Of a stretch of DNA of 64,000 bases, positions 13,623-37,621 are shown in pieces. The stretch spans positions 6,520,830 to 6,584,829 of the forward strand of contig CAVNZM010000008.1 in NCBI GenBank assembly GCA_963693365.1, in the 5' to 3' direction. Each line of letters opens with the position of its first letter. Within the stretch, counting starts at the first letter, position 1. The DNA comes from Amoebidium appalachense. Taxonomy: Eukaryota; Protista; Ichthyosporea. The notes beneath the pieces were generated by a model. It had not been told where the DNA came from, did no database searches, and saw only the letters and a program-made list of their open reading frames with translations. A program made the translations under genes and the position numbers.

Positions 13623-13691
13623 AAGCGGGTCAAGCAGGTCAAGCGGGTCAAGCGGGTCAAGCGGGTCAAGCGGATCAAGCGGGTCAAGCGG
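13623..13691. repeat. 9-bp minisatellite (GCGGGTCAA) x ~7
   Basis: Directly visible tandem units with single-base variants. Confidence 0.9.
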
Positions 13692-13933
13692 CTAGGCTTC
13701 CAGCGCAGCCAAGGGAGCGGTGGCTGCGCAGCTGGCAATGCGTGTTGCGTGTGCAGTACATGTGTACGCAAGTGTGTGTCACAGTGTGTGTGGGGCAAAG
13801 GGGTCATGAAGATGCGGCCAGCAGCACCTAGTGTGTGTGTATGTGTGCACGTGCACGTGTGTACGTGTGATCATTTTTCTAATATATATTTTTTTTTTTG
13901 GTGGGGACCCGGCGGGGTAGGGTGGTGTGTGTG

Positions 13934-13967
<34 letters not shown>

Positions 13968-13970
13968 CAC

Positions 13971-14074
<104 letters not shown>

Positions 14075-14281
14075 AGGGGGGGTGCCTCAGGGTGTGTGTG
14101 TCCAAAATCCAGTGTGTTCACAGTGCAGTGCAACGTGTGACATTCATGACGGAAAACAAAATGCAGCAGATTGCAAAGCTAAGCACAAATAGAGCATGCA
14201 GTATAAGCGTCTTCATAGCCCATTCTCAGGCAGCTAGAAGCGCCCGGTGGAAGGGGAAAGGGGGAGGTAGGGAGGCAGGGA

Positions 14282-14317
<36 letters not shown>

Positions 14318-14822
14318 CTCAATTGGCAACAGCGAGATTTTGAACACCGTAATCGGCCACGGAGCATTAATAGCTTAACAATGTATTTCCGTAACGGTTG
14401 CCACGCTACAAGTCTAACAAACAAACGTACACCCTTCATGTTGTGCATGAAAATATTGAAACTCTGTCGCCGCCAACTCTGACATGTAAGTGTGCTATTG
14501 TGTGTGTTCCCATATTTAACGTACATACGTAGTTGCAACATACACCAACATACACCCGCCGTCACACCCAACCTACTATGGGGTGGTAAGAGCTCACATC
14601 CGTATGTCGTCAAAACACGATTCTTGCTCTGACCACCCCATAGTCCCTTGCGTTTAAAAAAATACTGCAAAATATCATATATGCTATGACTAAGACATAT
14701 ATTCTAGCGGTTTGATATTTCAATCCCCGTGCACCTGCAAACTTTTTATAAAACAAAAAAAAAGTAGGAATATTCAAAGAATCTGTGTGTGCAGAAGAAA
14801 TTTTTTCGACCGAAATTTGCCG

Positions 14823-14890
14823 CTAATGGTGCTCTGATGCGTCCAGGTGGATGGCTTCTGCTTTGATGGCTGGGCCGGTCAGCGGGTGCC

Positions 14891-14979
<89 letters not shown>

Positions 14980-15200
14980 TTGTGAAGGAGTGTGTGTGTG
15001 TGCAAGTGTGCACACGAGGGGGTTTGTGTGCGTGTAGGGATGCCTGTATACGTGTGCTTGTGTGTGTGTGTGCGTGAGCGTGTCTGTGTGTGTTATGTGT
15101 TGTGTGTGTGTATGTTTGTGGAGGAGGAGGGGGAAGGGGGGGTGGGGGGTGGGGCGGAAGGTTAGAAATGGAGTTCCCATGAAAAGACAAGGAAAAAAAA

Positions 15201-15231
<31 letters not shown>

Positions 15232-16018
15232 GAGGCCGCAGGCTGTGTGGGAAGACTAAAGAGTAGAATATAGATGACATAAAGCCATCAATCCAAACAG
15301 ATAGCAGCTAAGGAATATCAGACATTCAAATTCTCTGCCGACTGAAACCACAAGTAAAGTAAAGGCCGTGTGCTTGCGCATGTGCATGTGTGTGTGTGTG
15401 TGTGTGTGACCTTATGCGTCCATGTATGCACAAGCGAGTGAGTCAGTGAATATATGTGAGTGCATTTGCGTGCATGTATCTGCATGGTGAGTACCGGGGG
15501 ACAAGGGGAGACGGGGATTAGGAGGGGGAGGAGAGAAGGGGGTAGATCCCATCCATGGTGGAAAAATAAAGACACAAAACAATGAAAAGACAGCAAAGGA
15601 AAACAGACAACACCACAAAATGACAAATACAGACGAACAATCGCAAAGTCAAACATATATCGTGTGTATGCTTTTATCTGTATGTGTTCGTGTGGCTGTA
15701 GCGGTGGTAGCGGGGGAGGGGGGGGGGGGGGGTAGGCGCGGGTAGAAACCCCATTCCGTTAAAAGGCGTTTCTTCTTTGGTGTGTTTGTGTGTTTGATTT
15801 TTTTTTTTCTTCCCCTCTTGGGGGGGGGGGGGGGGGGGGGGGGGGGTTCGCACTAGAGGGGTGGCAAAAATGGCATAACTACCAAAATAATACCACGATT
15901 AGCAAGAACCAAAAAAACAATAGGAACTAAACAATTGAGCAGGCAGAAGCAGCTTCAAGGAACGCAACAAAGCCAAGGGTTCACAAAATCGTGGATTTTG
16001 AAGCTAGCAGAGTGCCCC

Positions 16019-16056
<38 letters not shown>

Positions 16057-16359
16057 AAAAAGACATGAAGGCAAGAGAGCTAGTGTGTGTGGTACTTTTT
16101 CTTTGCGCCGGTGAGCGTGCCGTGTGTGCACGTGTCTTTTTTTCTTTACTTTTTTGTGGTGGTGGTGGTGGTCCCCCCCCCCCCCCAAAAAAAAAAAAAA
16201 AAAATAATAATAATAAAATAAAATAAAAAATAAAAAATTAAAAGGGGGGATTCCACGGACCTGCAATTAATTTAAAATGTTTTTAGAATATGAAATTAGA
16301 CTATGGATCAATGGGCAGCCCTCATTTGTATGCATCAATACATACATCACATACAAGGA

Positions 16360-16392
<33 letters not shown>

Positions 16393-16657
16393 TTCCACCC
16401 TCGCACCCCTCACAAACACACAAATCACACGGACTGAAGTGAGATGGCAAAACGTTAGATGGGAGCGAAATAGGTGCACAGGGGTAGAGAGATGAAGGAG
16501 TGAGGCATGAAAGGCAAAAAACAGGGGGGGGGGGAAGTTGGAGAGAGGAGCGGGGAGGGGGGAAAGAGAGAGGGAGGGAGAGAGAGGAGGGAAAACGAGG
16601 TGAAAGGGGAGGGAGGGCGGGCGGAGGGAGGGAGGGAGGGAGGGAGGGAGGGAGGGG

Positions 16658-16716
<59 letters not shown>

Positions 16717-16826
16717 ACAGAGAGAGAGACTGACTGGGGGGGGGGGGGGGGGGAGGGGAGGGGGAATAGTGGGAGAGCAAGAAGGGAGAGAAAGAGGGTG
16801 GGGGGGGGGGGGGGGGGGGGGGCAAT

Positions 16827-16857
<31 letters not shown>

Positions 16858-16879
16858 GGGAGGGGGGGGGGGGGGGGGG

Positions 16880-16920
<41 letters not shown>

Positions 16921-17618
16921 AGGGAGGGATGGAGGGAGAAGAGAGAAGAGAGGAGAGAGCATTGCAATACAGCATGTCAAAAACCATATCCATGTTCTTG
17001 TCTACCATCGTTCCCTCTGAGCATAACCTTAACTGATCTGCGACCTTCCAATCTCCCTTTCCAGCTCAAACTTAGCCCTTGAACAACATGGCAAATGCAT
17101 CATCCATTTTTACCCCCCCCCCCCCCCCTTCCCTTAAAAGGCAAACAAATAAGTAAACCGACAAGCAAGCTAGGAGTGAACAACCCCCCCCCTCCCCCCT
17201 CCCCCTCCCCCCCCCCCCCCCTCCCAAAAAAAAAAAAAAAAACCAAGAAAAACGGGTAGGAAGGAAAGAGAGGGTTAGGATGCGGTGGCCAGGGGGGAGG
17301 GGAGGAAGGGGGCAAGGGGGGAGAGAGGGGGCCAAGTTTGGGACAAACAATCTCATATGAACTGGGAACATGATGAAAACAAAATACAAGTAAAGAAACA
17401 GCACGAAAAGAAGCACAAGTACAAGCAGCCGAGGGCTTGCTCCAAATGTCAAAGTGCATGCAAGCACACAACAACAGCAGGGCAGGGTCCTCTTTGGGGC
17501 AGCCCGTTGAGCATGCAGTATGGACAGCATGAAGCAGAAACCACAACATACAGTATAGCGTTATGCAGACACGAACAGCCCCCCCCCTCCCCCCCCCCCC
17601 CCCCCCCCCGAACACACA

Positions 17619-17659
<41 letters not shown>

Positions 17660-18929
17660 ACACACACAAAACACACACACGAGAAATTAGGCAACAGGAG
17701 TAGGACGGCGGGTGAACGAGCAGGGAAGAACTTGTTTCTGTAAACAAGGGATGGGGGGGGGGGGAAGGGGGAGGGGGGGGGGGGGGAGGGAGAGAGAGAG
17801 AGAGAATCCGTGATAAATTCCTCTGGAAACACCTCCCGTGCAGGAGGATGGAGTCAAGGCACCCGTAAAGAGGCCTTAGGTGCAACATAACAACAAGATT
17901 GGTGTTTTAGCCTTCTATGCCGTCAGTGGCGAAAAACAAACAAAAACGGTGACGCTAAAAGACATCAATACAAAGGAACAGAGGGGAAGGTGGGTGGGTG
18001 GCGAGTGAGGGCAGGGGGTGGGGGCTGATCTTGCACGGACTAATCGACAGAAAGTGGGGTGGAAAAAAAGGCGGAGAAATTATGTCAAAATCACACTGAG
18101 AAAACAAGGTGTAACGAGCTGTGCACCCCTTTGAATGGACAAGACAGATTCGGGGTAGATAAGTCTGCCTCGAGAATTCAAACACCGTTCAGGGAAAACA
18201 AGATATATAGAGCTGTGCACCCTTTGAATGGACGTATGAAGGGTGCCGATCAGAAAAATCTGCCTCGAGAATCAAAATCCACAAAGCAGTTCACACCCAC
18301 ACCGAGAAACACTTGAATTAACAAACACACGAATTAACCACTGATATATATATATATATATATATAACACGACGGCCATATGCGTCCAGATGTCAAGCAG
18401 CATGCACGGGCCGATGAAGCACCTGCTAATTATTATGGCAAATTCATACATTGACATGCTGCTTGCTTTTTCTTAGTGAGATAATACAAGGGGCTGTTGC
18501 AAACGCACATAAAGCACATGCTGAGACAAAGCGCCAGTATGGAAGCGAAAAAACAGCGTGCACGACCTAGCATTCCCAATATTGCATAATAGCCAGCGTT
18601 TTCAACATGCAAGTGAGCATCGAAGGAACTCCAAAAACAAGTGCACAAATGAGAAAATCAACAGTCCTATTCCCGCAAGACACACAAGCACCTACACCAA
18701 CGAACACATGCAACCCAAACCGCAAGCACAAGAGCACAAAGGCACCTCTGATACATACCTGTGCTAGGTACGTAAAGAGCCAGAAGAGGTAGCAGCAGAT
18801 GGCAGTCTCAATCAAACACACACGGATAGTGGCCGCATTCTCGCCCTTCCTCACGAACATCGGCAGCACAATCCCAATAAAAGCCCAAAACGCCGTGACG
18901 CCGGCAAGAATAATATTGGGGTCGGCCAT
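14823..18929 (-). CDS. ATP6V0E: V-type proton ATPase V0 subunit e, 79 aa, 2 exons
   Basis: Exon 1 18759-18929 encodes MADPNIILAGVTAFWAFIGIVLPMFVRKGENAATIRVCLIETAICCYLFWLFTYLAQ, followed by donor GTATGT. Exon 2 14823-14891 (after CACAG) encodes WHPLTGPAIKAEAIHLDASEHH*. Together they rebuild the family motif CCYLFW..TYLAQ.HPL.GP across a 3.87-kb phase-0 intron. Confidence 0.9.
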
Positions 18930-20311
18930 ATTATTTAAATATAGACAAATGCCTTTTCTCTGTGTTTCCACCTTTGTGAGAAGCTTCTAATGCCTTCCCT
19001 TCCTCAGAGCTTTGTTCCCCTTACAGAGATTTCGTTCTTCGTTTCTTCGTTTTGGACTCTGGCTGTTTCAAACTTGATGATTTTTGGGTTGATTCAATTC
19101 TTCCATATTTGGGTTGCAAAAATATCGGACCAATCAAACGTAACGTTGAAAGCTGATATCACCGGGGGGCGGACCAGGGCTCGGGCTAGCCAGCCGGAAT
19201 CCTCCTCAGCCGAGCCGAGCCAAAATCGCTCCGGAAGGCGGCTTGGCTGAAATCCCCAACCCTTCTCCCAGGCGCGGTCTACCCCATATTCTACCAATCA
19301 TAAAGGACCATTTGTTTCTATATAAAGGCTTTTAATATTAATTTTACAGGCGGAATTGAATCCGATTATGACTCTTTGTAATTGGTCCAGTTTTATAGGA
19401 AAAGATAAAGACTTTAAAAAACCAAATTTAAATATTATTTTTTAAACATATAATTTAATAATATTATCGGTATTTTAACGTCCAGATGGAGCCACCTGCG
19501 ATGGAGGGTTTAGCCAGCTGAGCCAGCCAGAATCCTGCCAGCCCTGGGGCAGACGCGTCGCGTAGGCCAAGACCAATGCACCGCGTAGGCCGCCCGCGCC
19601 CACCTCGGCAGCCTTTGCAGAGAAGTGCACAAAGATTAGCGTTTTGGAAAAGATGGAGAAGGAGACATAAGGGGAACACTTTGCAGGTTGCTTATCAAGG
19701 ATTAGTAGAAAACTCAATAAACTTTAGTGCTTTTTTCTTTTTGGTTTTTTGGGAGACAAGAAGGCAACCATGCTCATAGAAACCGCCTTGAGTAGTGTGG
19801 ATTCAACCACACATGATTTTAAATTGTTTAATCAATCTCTCGCTATTGCGGCCGCAGAGCTGCACAGCCGCTGAGTCTACATGCAAAACAGCGAAGCATT
19901 GAGGCAAAAAAGCATACCTACCAAAGTCTACCTCCCTCAAAAGTAAAATGAGAAATTATAACAAAGTAAAAAAAAGTATATTATATCACAAAACGTGCTT
20001 GCTAAGAAAACGAAAGTCTTTAGTTCATGAAGCTCGTTGTTTTGATCGTTTCTGGAGTGTTCGTCTTATAAAAAGAATGTTTGAATAAATCGGTCGCACC
20101 CTTTTGCACACGTCATCACTTCCCAAAAAAAAAAAAAAACACCCGACGGGCCGCGCGGGCGATCTAGTTCACAACACAACACCATACCGTTTCACTCCCT
20201 ACCAACGAATTCTTATCCAACCAACCCGACCCAAAGACCCACCTAATCCCCATATATTTTACAGTGTTGTTCCCTCTTAATACGGTTCTCCACCTACCTG
20301 ACCCACCAACC
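18930..20311. promoter_or_regulatory. Head-to-head (bidirectional) promoter region between V-ATPase e and TXNL1
   Basis: Divergent start codons 1.4 kb apart. The region lacks the microsatellites typical of introns here. CCAAT boxes at ~19130 and ~19294, and CACGTCATCACTTCCC at ~20109. Confidence 0.55.
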
Positions 20312-30355
<10,044 letters not shown>

Positions 30356-31163
30356 GAATAGACCTTCCGAAAAAGGAAACACAGGAATGTAGTGGTGTGG
30401 TCTTGGTGCTTAGTTTGTATGTGATAATGGTTTTATTCATGGCATTTTATGCTATAATTGTTGCCGAATAGTGTTTTGGTTTACGTAGGAGCCTATGCAC
30501 ATTGAAAGCACCGGTATTTTCTTAGTGGTAGAAACTCACTCATTCGTGGTATGTCTACTCTACTTCATTCACTATTTTCATCATTTTTCACAGCCCCAAG
30601 AACCACATTGAGACTTTGTAAAATGTCTGTTGCTTATGCTTTTGCGTAACTGAAACAAGCCGCTTTTGCCATGTTAGTGCAAGTATGTAGTGAATTTGGT
30701 GGGTCTGGGAGCGTGGCGCTGTGCGCTTGTATTACTCGTTCTGAAAATTAAACTACAAATTTTTAACGAAGCATAATATGGAGGTCGAGCATCTCAACAT
30801 GCAACCTTGGTGATAAAAACGATTCGTCGCTATCGCTATACCCCCCCCCCCCCCCCCCCCCCCTTCCCGTGCATCACCCCCCCAAAAAAAAAAAAAAAAA
30901 AGAAAGAAAATACGTACACACGTGCATAGCAACCATGTACAATCGTGTATCAGATCTCCTCACACGTGCACAATCACAATCATCGCATTTATGTGCACGT
31001 GTCACTGACACACACATGCATAGTACACAGTCTCGCTCTCCCTGCGCATGCTGTCTGCACATCACTATAACACACGTGTACATGTACATGTGTAATGTGC
31101 GCAGACACGTGCAGTGTGCGCACTGGCAAGCACACACACACACATGTGCACACACACACACAC

Positions 31164-31220
<57 letters not shown>

Positions 31221-31892
31221 GTGACACACACACACACACACACACAAACACACAAACACACACATGTACACACGTGCACAGCATGCTGCACGTACGCGTT
31301 CACCACGTCTATATTAACACACTGGTATTTGTAAAGGTGCGGTGTGGCATGTGTCTCTGCCCAGGCACCGTGGCGCCTTACAGCGCCTGCGAGCTGCGCA
31401 TGAAACACAATGTGTACACAGGGCCCAATCCCTTTGCGGCCTTGACACGTCATGAATTTGTGTAAACATGAACTCTTTCAGCAGAATGGAGCCGGCGACG
31501 GTGTGTGGTTGTGTGGTTTGGGTGAGCACATTGTAGGCAAAGTGGAGTACGCTGGTGGGTGAGTGAGGCTGTGCACGAGGCCGACTGCATGTACACCTTC
31601 ATGCAGATTCACACAGCCTGCACCCGTGTAATGTGTGTGTGTGTCTGTGCCCTGTGTGTGTGTGCACGTGTGTGTGTGTGCATGCGCGTGGATGTGTGCA
31701 TGTGTGTGTTTTGTGTGTGTGTGTGTGTGTATTGTGTGCGTGTTGGGGGGAACACGATAGAAATAGGCGCAAGTTTGGTGACCACCCGGCCAGCCAGGTG
31801 GCTTTTTACTTTCTGCCGTCCGGCCCACGTATCACCGTGTGCCACACAGCACTCTCCACCAATCGCATGTGCCCGCCATAAGCCATATATGA

Positions 31893-31954
31893 TTAATGGT
31901 GACCCTTCTCGCCGTGGCCGTGGCCGTGGCCGTGGTCCCACGGGTGCTCCAGAC

Positions 31955-32030
<76 letters not shown>

Positions 32031-32245
32031 CGCGCAGAGGGGGGGGGGGGGGGGGGGGGGGATGGAGGCGGAGGTCAAGAGTGTGTTACATGGAGGGAGA
32101 AAGGGTGGAGGGCGGGTAAAGATGGTGGTGGTGGTGGGGAGAGGGGGGGAGAGGGGGGAGAGGGGGGAGGGAATGGTGAGGGAGGGGGACGTGTTGGTTA
32201 GTCTGATGAACATAGTGGTCGGGGGGCCTGAACACAGGGGAAAAG

Positions 32246-32287
<42 letters not shown>

Positions 32288-33277
32288 GGGGAAGAAAAAA
32301 GAAAAAAGAAAAAAGAAAACACAGAGCAAAGCAACCAGCCAGAGTGCACACAGAAGGGCGCACCAAGATGGGGTGAGGTGGGCATGGAGGGGTGAGGCAC
32401 AGACTGCTGGAAAAACGGATGCGCACAGTGTGTGTGTGTGTGTGTGCGTGTCTGTGTGTGTGTGTGACAGAGAGAGAGAGAGTGCGTGTGTGTGTAAGTA
32501 TTTATGCGCGCGCGCGCATGTGTATGCCTGTGCCTGTGCCTGTGCGCGTGGGTGCACCCGTGTGGTGTTGTTTTTATGGTGGTGGTGACGGCATACATGC
32601 AAAACCTCTCAGCACCATGTGTGTGTGCGTTGTAATAATTATTAATCGTGCAACCACAGAAAACACTTCAGGTTTCAATTTATAAACGAACATCTGTGCA
32701 CAATCTGTGCTCATGTGTGCACGCTGCAAACAAACACAAACAACCGCTCAGGGACAAACCCTCACCATCAAGCAGCGTCAAACCAAAAACACTCAAGAGG
32801 ATTGAGAGCCCTCCGTCCCTCCCCCCCCCATCTCCCCCCCTGCGCGCACACACACACACACATGTGCGCACACACGTACACCAACACAACCACCAATTCC
32901 CCCGGGCCACGGGTGCAAAGCATCCAAACAATAGGCACGTTATTGAGGTTTCTGTGGTACGTGCCCCAAACTAGAATATATTCGTGCATATAAGGTGTGT
33001 GTGTGTGGATGTGCCCGTGTGTGCATGTCTGTGTGTAATGGCAGTGAGCCCAACGTCGTGCAGGCTAATGTATGAGATCCGTGTGATGTGTGTGTGTGTG
33101 TGTGTGTATGTGTGTGTGTATGTATGTGTGGCTGTGAGTGCGCACGCTCAAGCATGCGTGCATCCGGACAAGCGTGCACGCGCACATGTGCACAAGTGTG
33201 CAAGTGCATGCACACACGTGTGTGTGCATGTGGGGGGGGGGGGGGGGGGGGGGGGGTGAAAGCCATGAAAGTACGTG

Positions 33278-33310
<33 letters not shown>

Positions 33311-34492
33311 TGTGTGCACGTGCATGGTGTTGGGTGAATGTGAGCACGCATCTGTGATATGGTGTGCCTGTGTGTGATTGCACGCTCGCTGGTGTATATA
33401 TGTCTCTGTGTGTGTGCGTGTGTGTGCACGGTTTTTTGTGTGCTTGCACGTGCACGCGCAAACTGTGTGCATTCCTGTGTGTGTCGGTGTGTATGCGTGT
33501 GTGTGTGTGTGTGCGTATGTGTGCATGCGTGAGTGTGTGTACGTGTGCGTGTGTGTGTGTGCGCGCGCGCACGAGTGTGTCTGTGTGTGTGTGGGGGGGG
33601 GGGGGGGGGGGTTGTGGAGGGGGGGGGGGGGGGGGGGGGGGGGAGAATGCCCCTATGTGTGTATGCCTTTGTCCGTATTTGATTATGTGCACGTGTTCTC
33701 AGCCAAGGTGTGTATCCTATTCCGACACGCCTACGTAAGAATGTGTGTCTGTGTATGTGTTTCGTCCTAGTACAGTAATGATGTGGGTTCGTATGCATAC
33801 AAGTGTCCGTGTGTGTGTGTGTGTGCTTGTGTGCGTGTGTGTGCGTGTGTGTGTGTGTGTGTGTGTTCTTTGTGCGGGTGTGTATCCGTCTGTGTGAGTG
33901 TATTAAAGGAGGATGTTGCGTGGAGGAGTATGGCGGGGCGGAGGGGGGGGAGGCTGTGTGCATCCGTGTGGGCCTGCTTCTGTTTGAGCCTGTGCATTAT
34001 ACATAAGCACGAGTTCACAGCCGAAGCGCATGTGCTGTGGCAGTCTACGTAGGTACATGTGTCTGCGTATGTGTTTTCGCCAATACAAGTGCATGTAGTT
34101 CGAGTGTGTACGGGTACAAGGACGTGTGTGTGTGTACATCCGTGTTTATTAGGAAGTTCAAGAACACGCACGTGCCTCTCGGTGTGCAAAGATTCGGACA
34201 AAGGCCCCACCAGGGTGGCGTGTGCCTGTGCAATCCTGTGTGTGTCTGTGCGAGTTATGTATCTACGAGCACTATATCCTTTATCCCTGTGTGTGTGCCA
34301 CATCAACCAGTTGAGCAGGTGGGAGGAGTGTGTGTTGTAGCTAAAAGAAAAGCGCAATTAGGTGTCCTCGTGCAGAGACTACGTCCTTTATGCCACATTG
34401 TGTGCTTCTATCTGTACTAGAACCCTCTCCCTTTATCTGTGTATGTTCCGTGTGTGTGCTTGTGTGTATGTGTAAGTGTCTGTACGTGTGTG

Positions 34493-34540
<48 letters not shown>

Positions 34541-34698
34541 TGTGTGCGCGCACGTGTGCGCTGTGCACGTACCAGCATGGCCTTGCCGTCATGGAAGCCC
34601 CTGTAGAAAATCCAGGTCCACATCATGGCGCCAAAACCCTTACCCAGCAGCACCATATTGCGCGGTGCGCCGTGGAGTGCGTGGTGTGCCCCGCCCAT
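31893..34698 (-). CDS. NDUFB2: NADH:ubiquinone oxidoreductase accessory subunit B2 (AGGG), 62 aa, 2 coding exons plus a probable 5' UTR exon
   Basis: Exon 34573-34698 encodes [42 protein letters not shown], followed by GTACGT. Exon 31893-31955 encodes [20 protein letters not shown]. The join matches the NDUFB2 pattern GA.MW.WIFYR..HD...L.G..HPW. Probable UTR intron ~34704-35085. Confidence 0.85.
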
Positions 34699-35007
34699 CG
34701 TGCCTGCTGCCCACAGCAACGTCAGAGACTAAACCTGACCGGCGCGCCTTGAATTCAGCATCCCATCACGCCAGTCCTCCCTTGCTGGGAGCCCAGTTGC
34801 AGAGAGAGAGAGAGATGCAGATGCACACACCGAAAGGTAAACCCAGCCTAACCACAAGCAGAAGCACAAGCACACACGCACAGGCACAGGCATACGTACA
34901 CGTACAGACACAGGCACAACCACAGGCACGGGTACAGGCACGCCCACACGCACAGGCGCAGGCACACGCACACGCATACGTACACGCACACGCACACGCA
35001 CACGCAC

Positions 35008-35039
<32 letters not shown>

Positions 35040-35407
35040 GCACACGCACAAGCACAAGCACACGTACACGCACACGTACACACACCTTTCGCTGGGTAGT
35101 GTCGTCTGAGGGGTAGCTGTATCACCACCACGCACAACGGGACTGACTTCACTTTTTTGCTGCCGGCTCGCCCGCAGGCAGCGCAAACGCCAGAACACGA
35201 TACGGGAAGACTCAGTGGGCCAAGCACACATATGAACTATATTTAGATCTGGGCCAAACCGTTTGCGCAATCAGTCAGGGATCAAATATTAAATGGCAAT
35301 TTCTTTTATTTTTATAATGACTTTATTGATATGTAAAGAGTACTTAAAAAATATGGTGGGTGGAAAAGAAACTCTGGCCATGATCACGCGCATGCGCGGG
35401 GGGAAAA

Positions 35408-35456
<49 letters not shown>

Positions 35457-35654
35457 CCACCACCCTACACAATGAGGTGGGTCCCTCCGCCCCCCAGGGC
35501 CGGGAGCGGCGTGAAAAGGGGGGAGGGGGTTGGGGGGGGGAGGGGGGAGGGAGGGGGAGGGGCGGGGGACCCACCACCCCACTCACCCAGGTGGGTCCCT
35601 CCGCCCCCCGGGGAGGGGGGGGACCCACCCACCCCTGCGGCTACCTTGGGAAAA

Positions 35655-35700
<46 letters not shown>

Positions 35701-36318
35701 GAGGGGGGTGGGTCCCCGCCTCCTCCCCCTCTCCCCCCCTCCCGCCGGAGGGGGGGTACCACCAGGGCGGCCTTTTTTTTTCCTACTCCGCCCCGTCTCC
35801 CATTTCAAATTCAAAAATCCCCCCTCCCCCCTAGGCCGCCTCCCCTCCCCCTCTCCCCCCTCCCCCCTCCCCCCCTCCCCCCTCCCCCCACCCAACCCTC
35901 ATCCCCCCCACCCCCCCACCTCCAAATCGGCCATTCCACGGATCAGCCATACTCTGTGCCACCACCATTATATATACTTATACATACACCACGTGCACGT
36001 TGGCATCAGCATATGAATTTATGAATTTATGAAATATATATGAATATGATATGAATTTATGAAACTACTATTGCTCACATACACGCGTACAGCGCTACTG
36101 GCACATGTAATTGCAAACTGGGCTCGTTCATGGATCAAATTTGTTAATTCACCTATAAGAGGATCACTAAATTTTTTATTTTTTTATTTTTTTTTTTTTT
36201 TTTTTTGGGGGGGGGGGGGGAGGAGAGAAGGAATAGGAGGAATGAAGCTTTAAGTCGGAGCGACTTAGAAGTTAGCCTCTGGGGAGATCAAGAAAAGTTT
36301 AACGGGGGCCTGCCGGGG

Positions 36319-36350
<32 letters not shown>

Positions 36351-36445
36351 AGCCTTGTGATTTCCCTGTGCTCCGTGTAACACTATGTAGTGTGTAGTGT
36401 GCCACGGTGTATTTGTGTCTGTGTGTGTGTGTCTGTGTGTGTGTG

Positions 36446-36531
<86 letters not shown>

Positions 36532-36686
36532 ACGCGTCCGTGCTCCTTTTTGTTTTTTTTTCATGCGTGTTTTTTTTTGGGGGGGGGGGGTGGAGGGAAG
36601 GGGGGGAGGAAGGGGGGGGGGGAGGGGAGGGGGGGGGAGGGGGAGGGGGGGAGGGGGGTGCGGAGATTGAAGGAGAGAGTGTGCGT

Positions 36687-36844
<158 letters not shown>

Positions 36845-37621
36845 CAAGAGCAAGTTCAACGCAGCAGGACCCCATACAAACATATAGTGCAACGAGGCAA
36901 AAGTGGTTAAACACATTGGTAATGGGGTGGGTGTGTGTGCTTCAAGTTGGTTGGTGGTGGTCTTGGTCTTGGTGGTGCCGTTAAGTTGTTGTTATAATTA
37001 GCGTCGTTGTTGTTGGTGGTCGTGGAGGTGGTTGGTTGGGGGGGGGGGGGGGGGGGGGGTTCTATTCGTTTACAGAGTTGGAATATGGAGGAGAAATAAT
37101 AGGACAAAACAAACGAACAGAGGGTTGGAAATATGGAGGAGAAATAAGAGGACAAAACACAAAATGCCCCTGTCCCCCCCCTGCCCCCCCCTCCCCCCCC
37201 CCCCCCCCCCCCCAAGGAGGCTGTGACGTCTATATGATGTCACAGACGACTCCCGAGGTTTTGGTTGTTTTTTTTTTGTTTTGATGATGACGTTGCACAC
37301 TTTTTTTGCCCGAGTTCAGTTTCGGAATTCTGTTTTTGTTCGAGTGCCACGTTTCTTTGAGCACGCTATCTCAGGACCCCCTTTCGTGACCGGTTCAACC
37401 GTTGATTGAGCCGCGTTGCAGAACACCACTCTGAAACCGTAGGCATAGCCAGTCTGTTCACTGATTGCTAGCGGAACCAGAATTTCAAATCAGACCCCTT
37501 CCCATTTCAAAATCTCGGAGCCGCACTTAGAGTCAACCTAACCAGATGTCAACATGAGTGATGTGACTCAAACAGCAAGGCACCAGTGCCAGACACCCAC
37601 ACACAAGGTATGTACCTTACC

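Noticed and set aside
18390-18425. Nearby candidate second exon of V-ATPase e (VLHRPVHAA*)
   Set aside because: It lacks the conserved HPL.GP motif that the 14823-14891 exon supplies.
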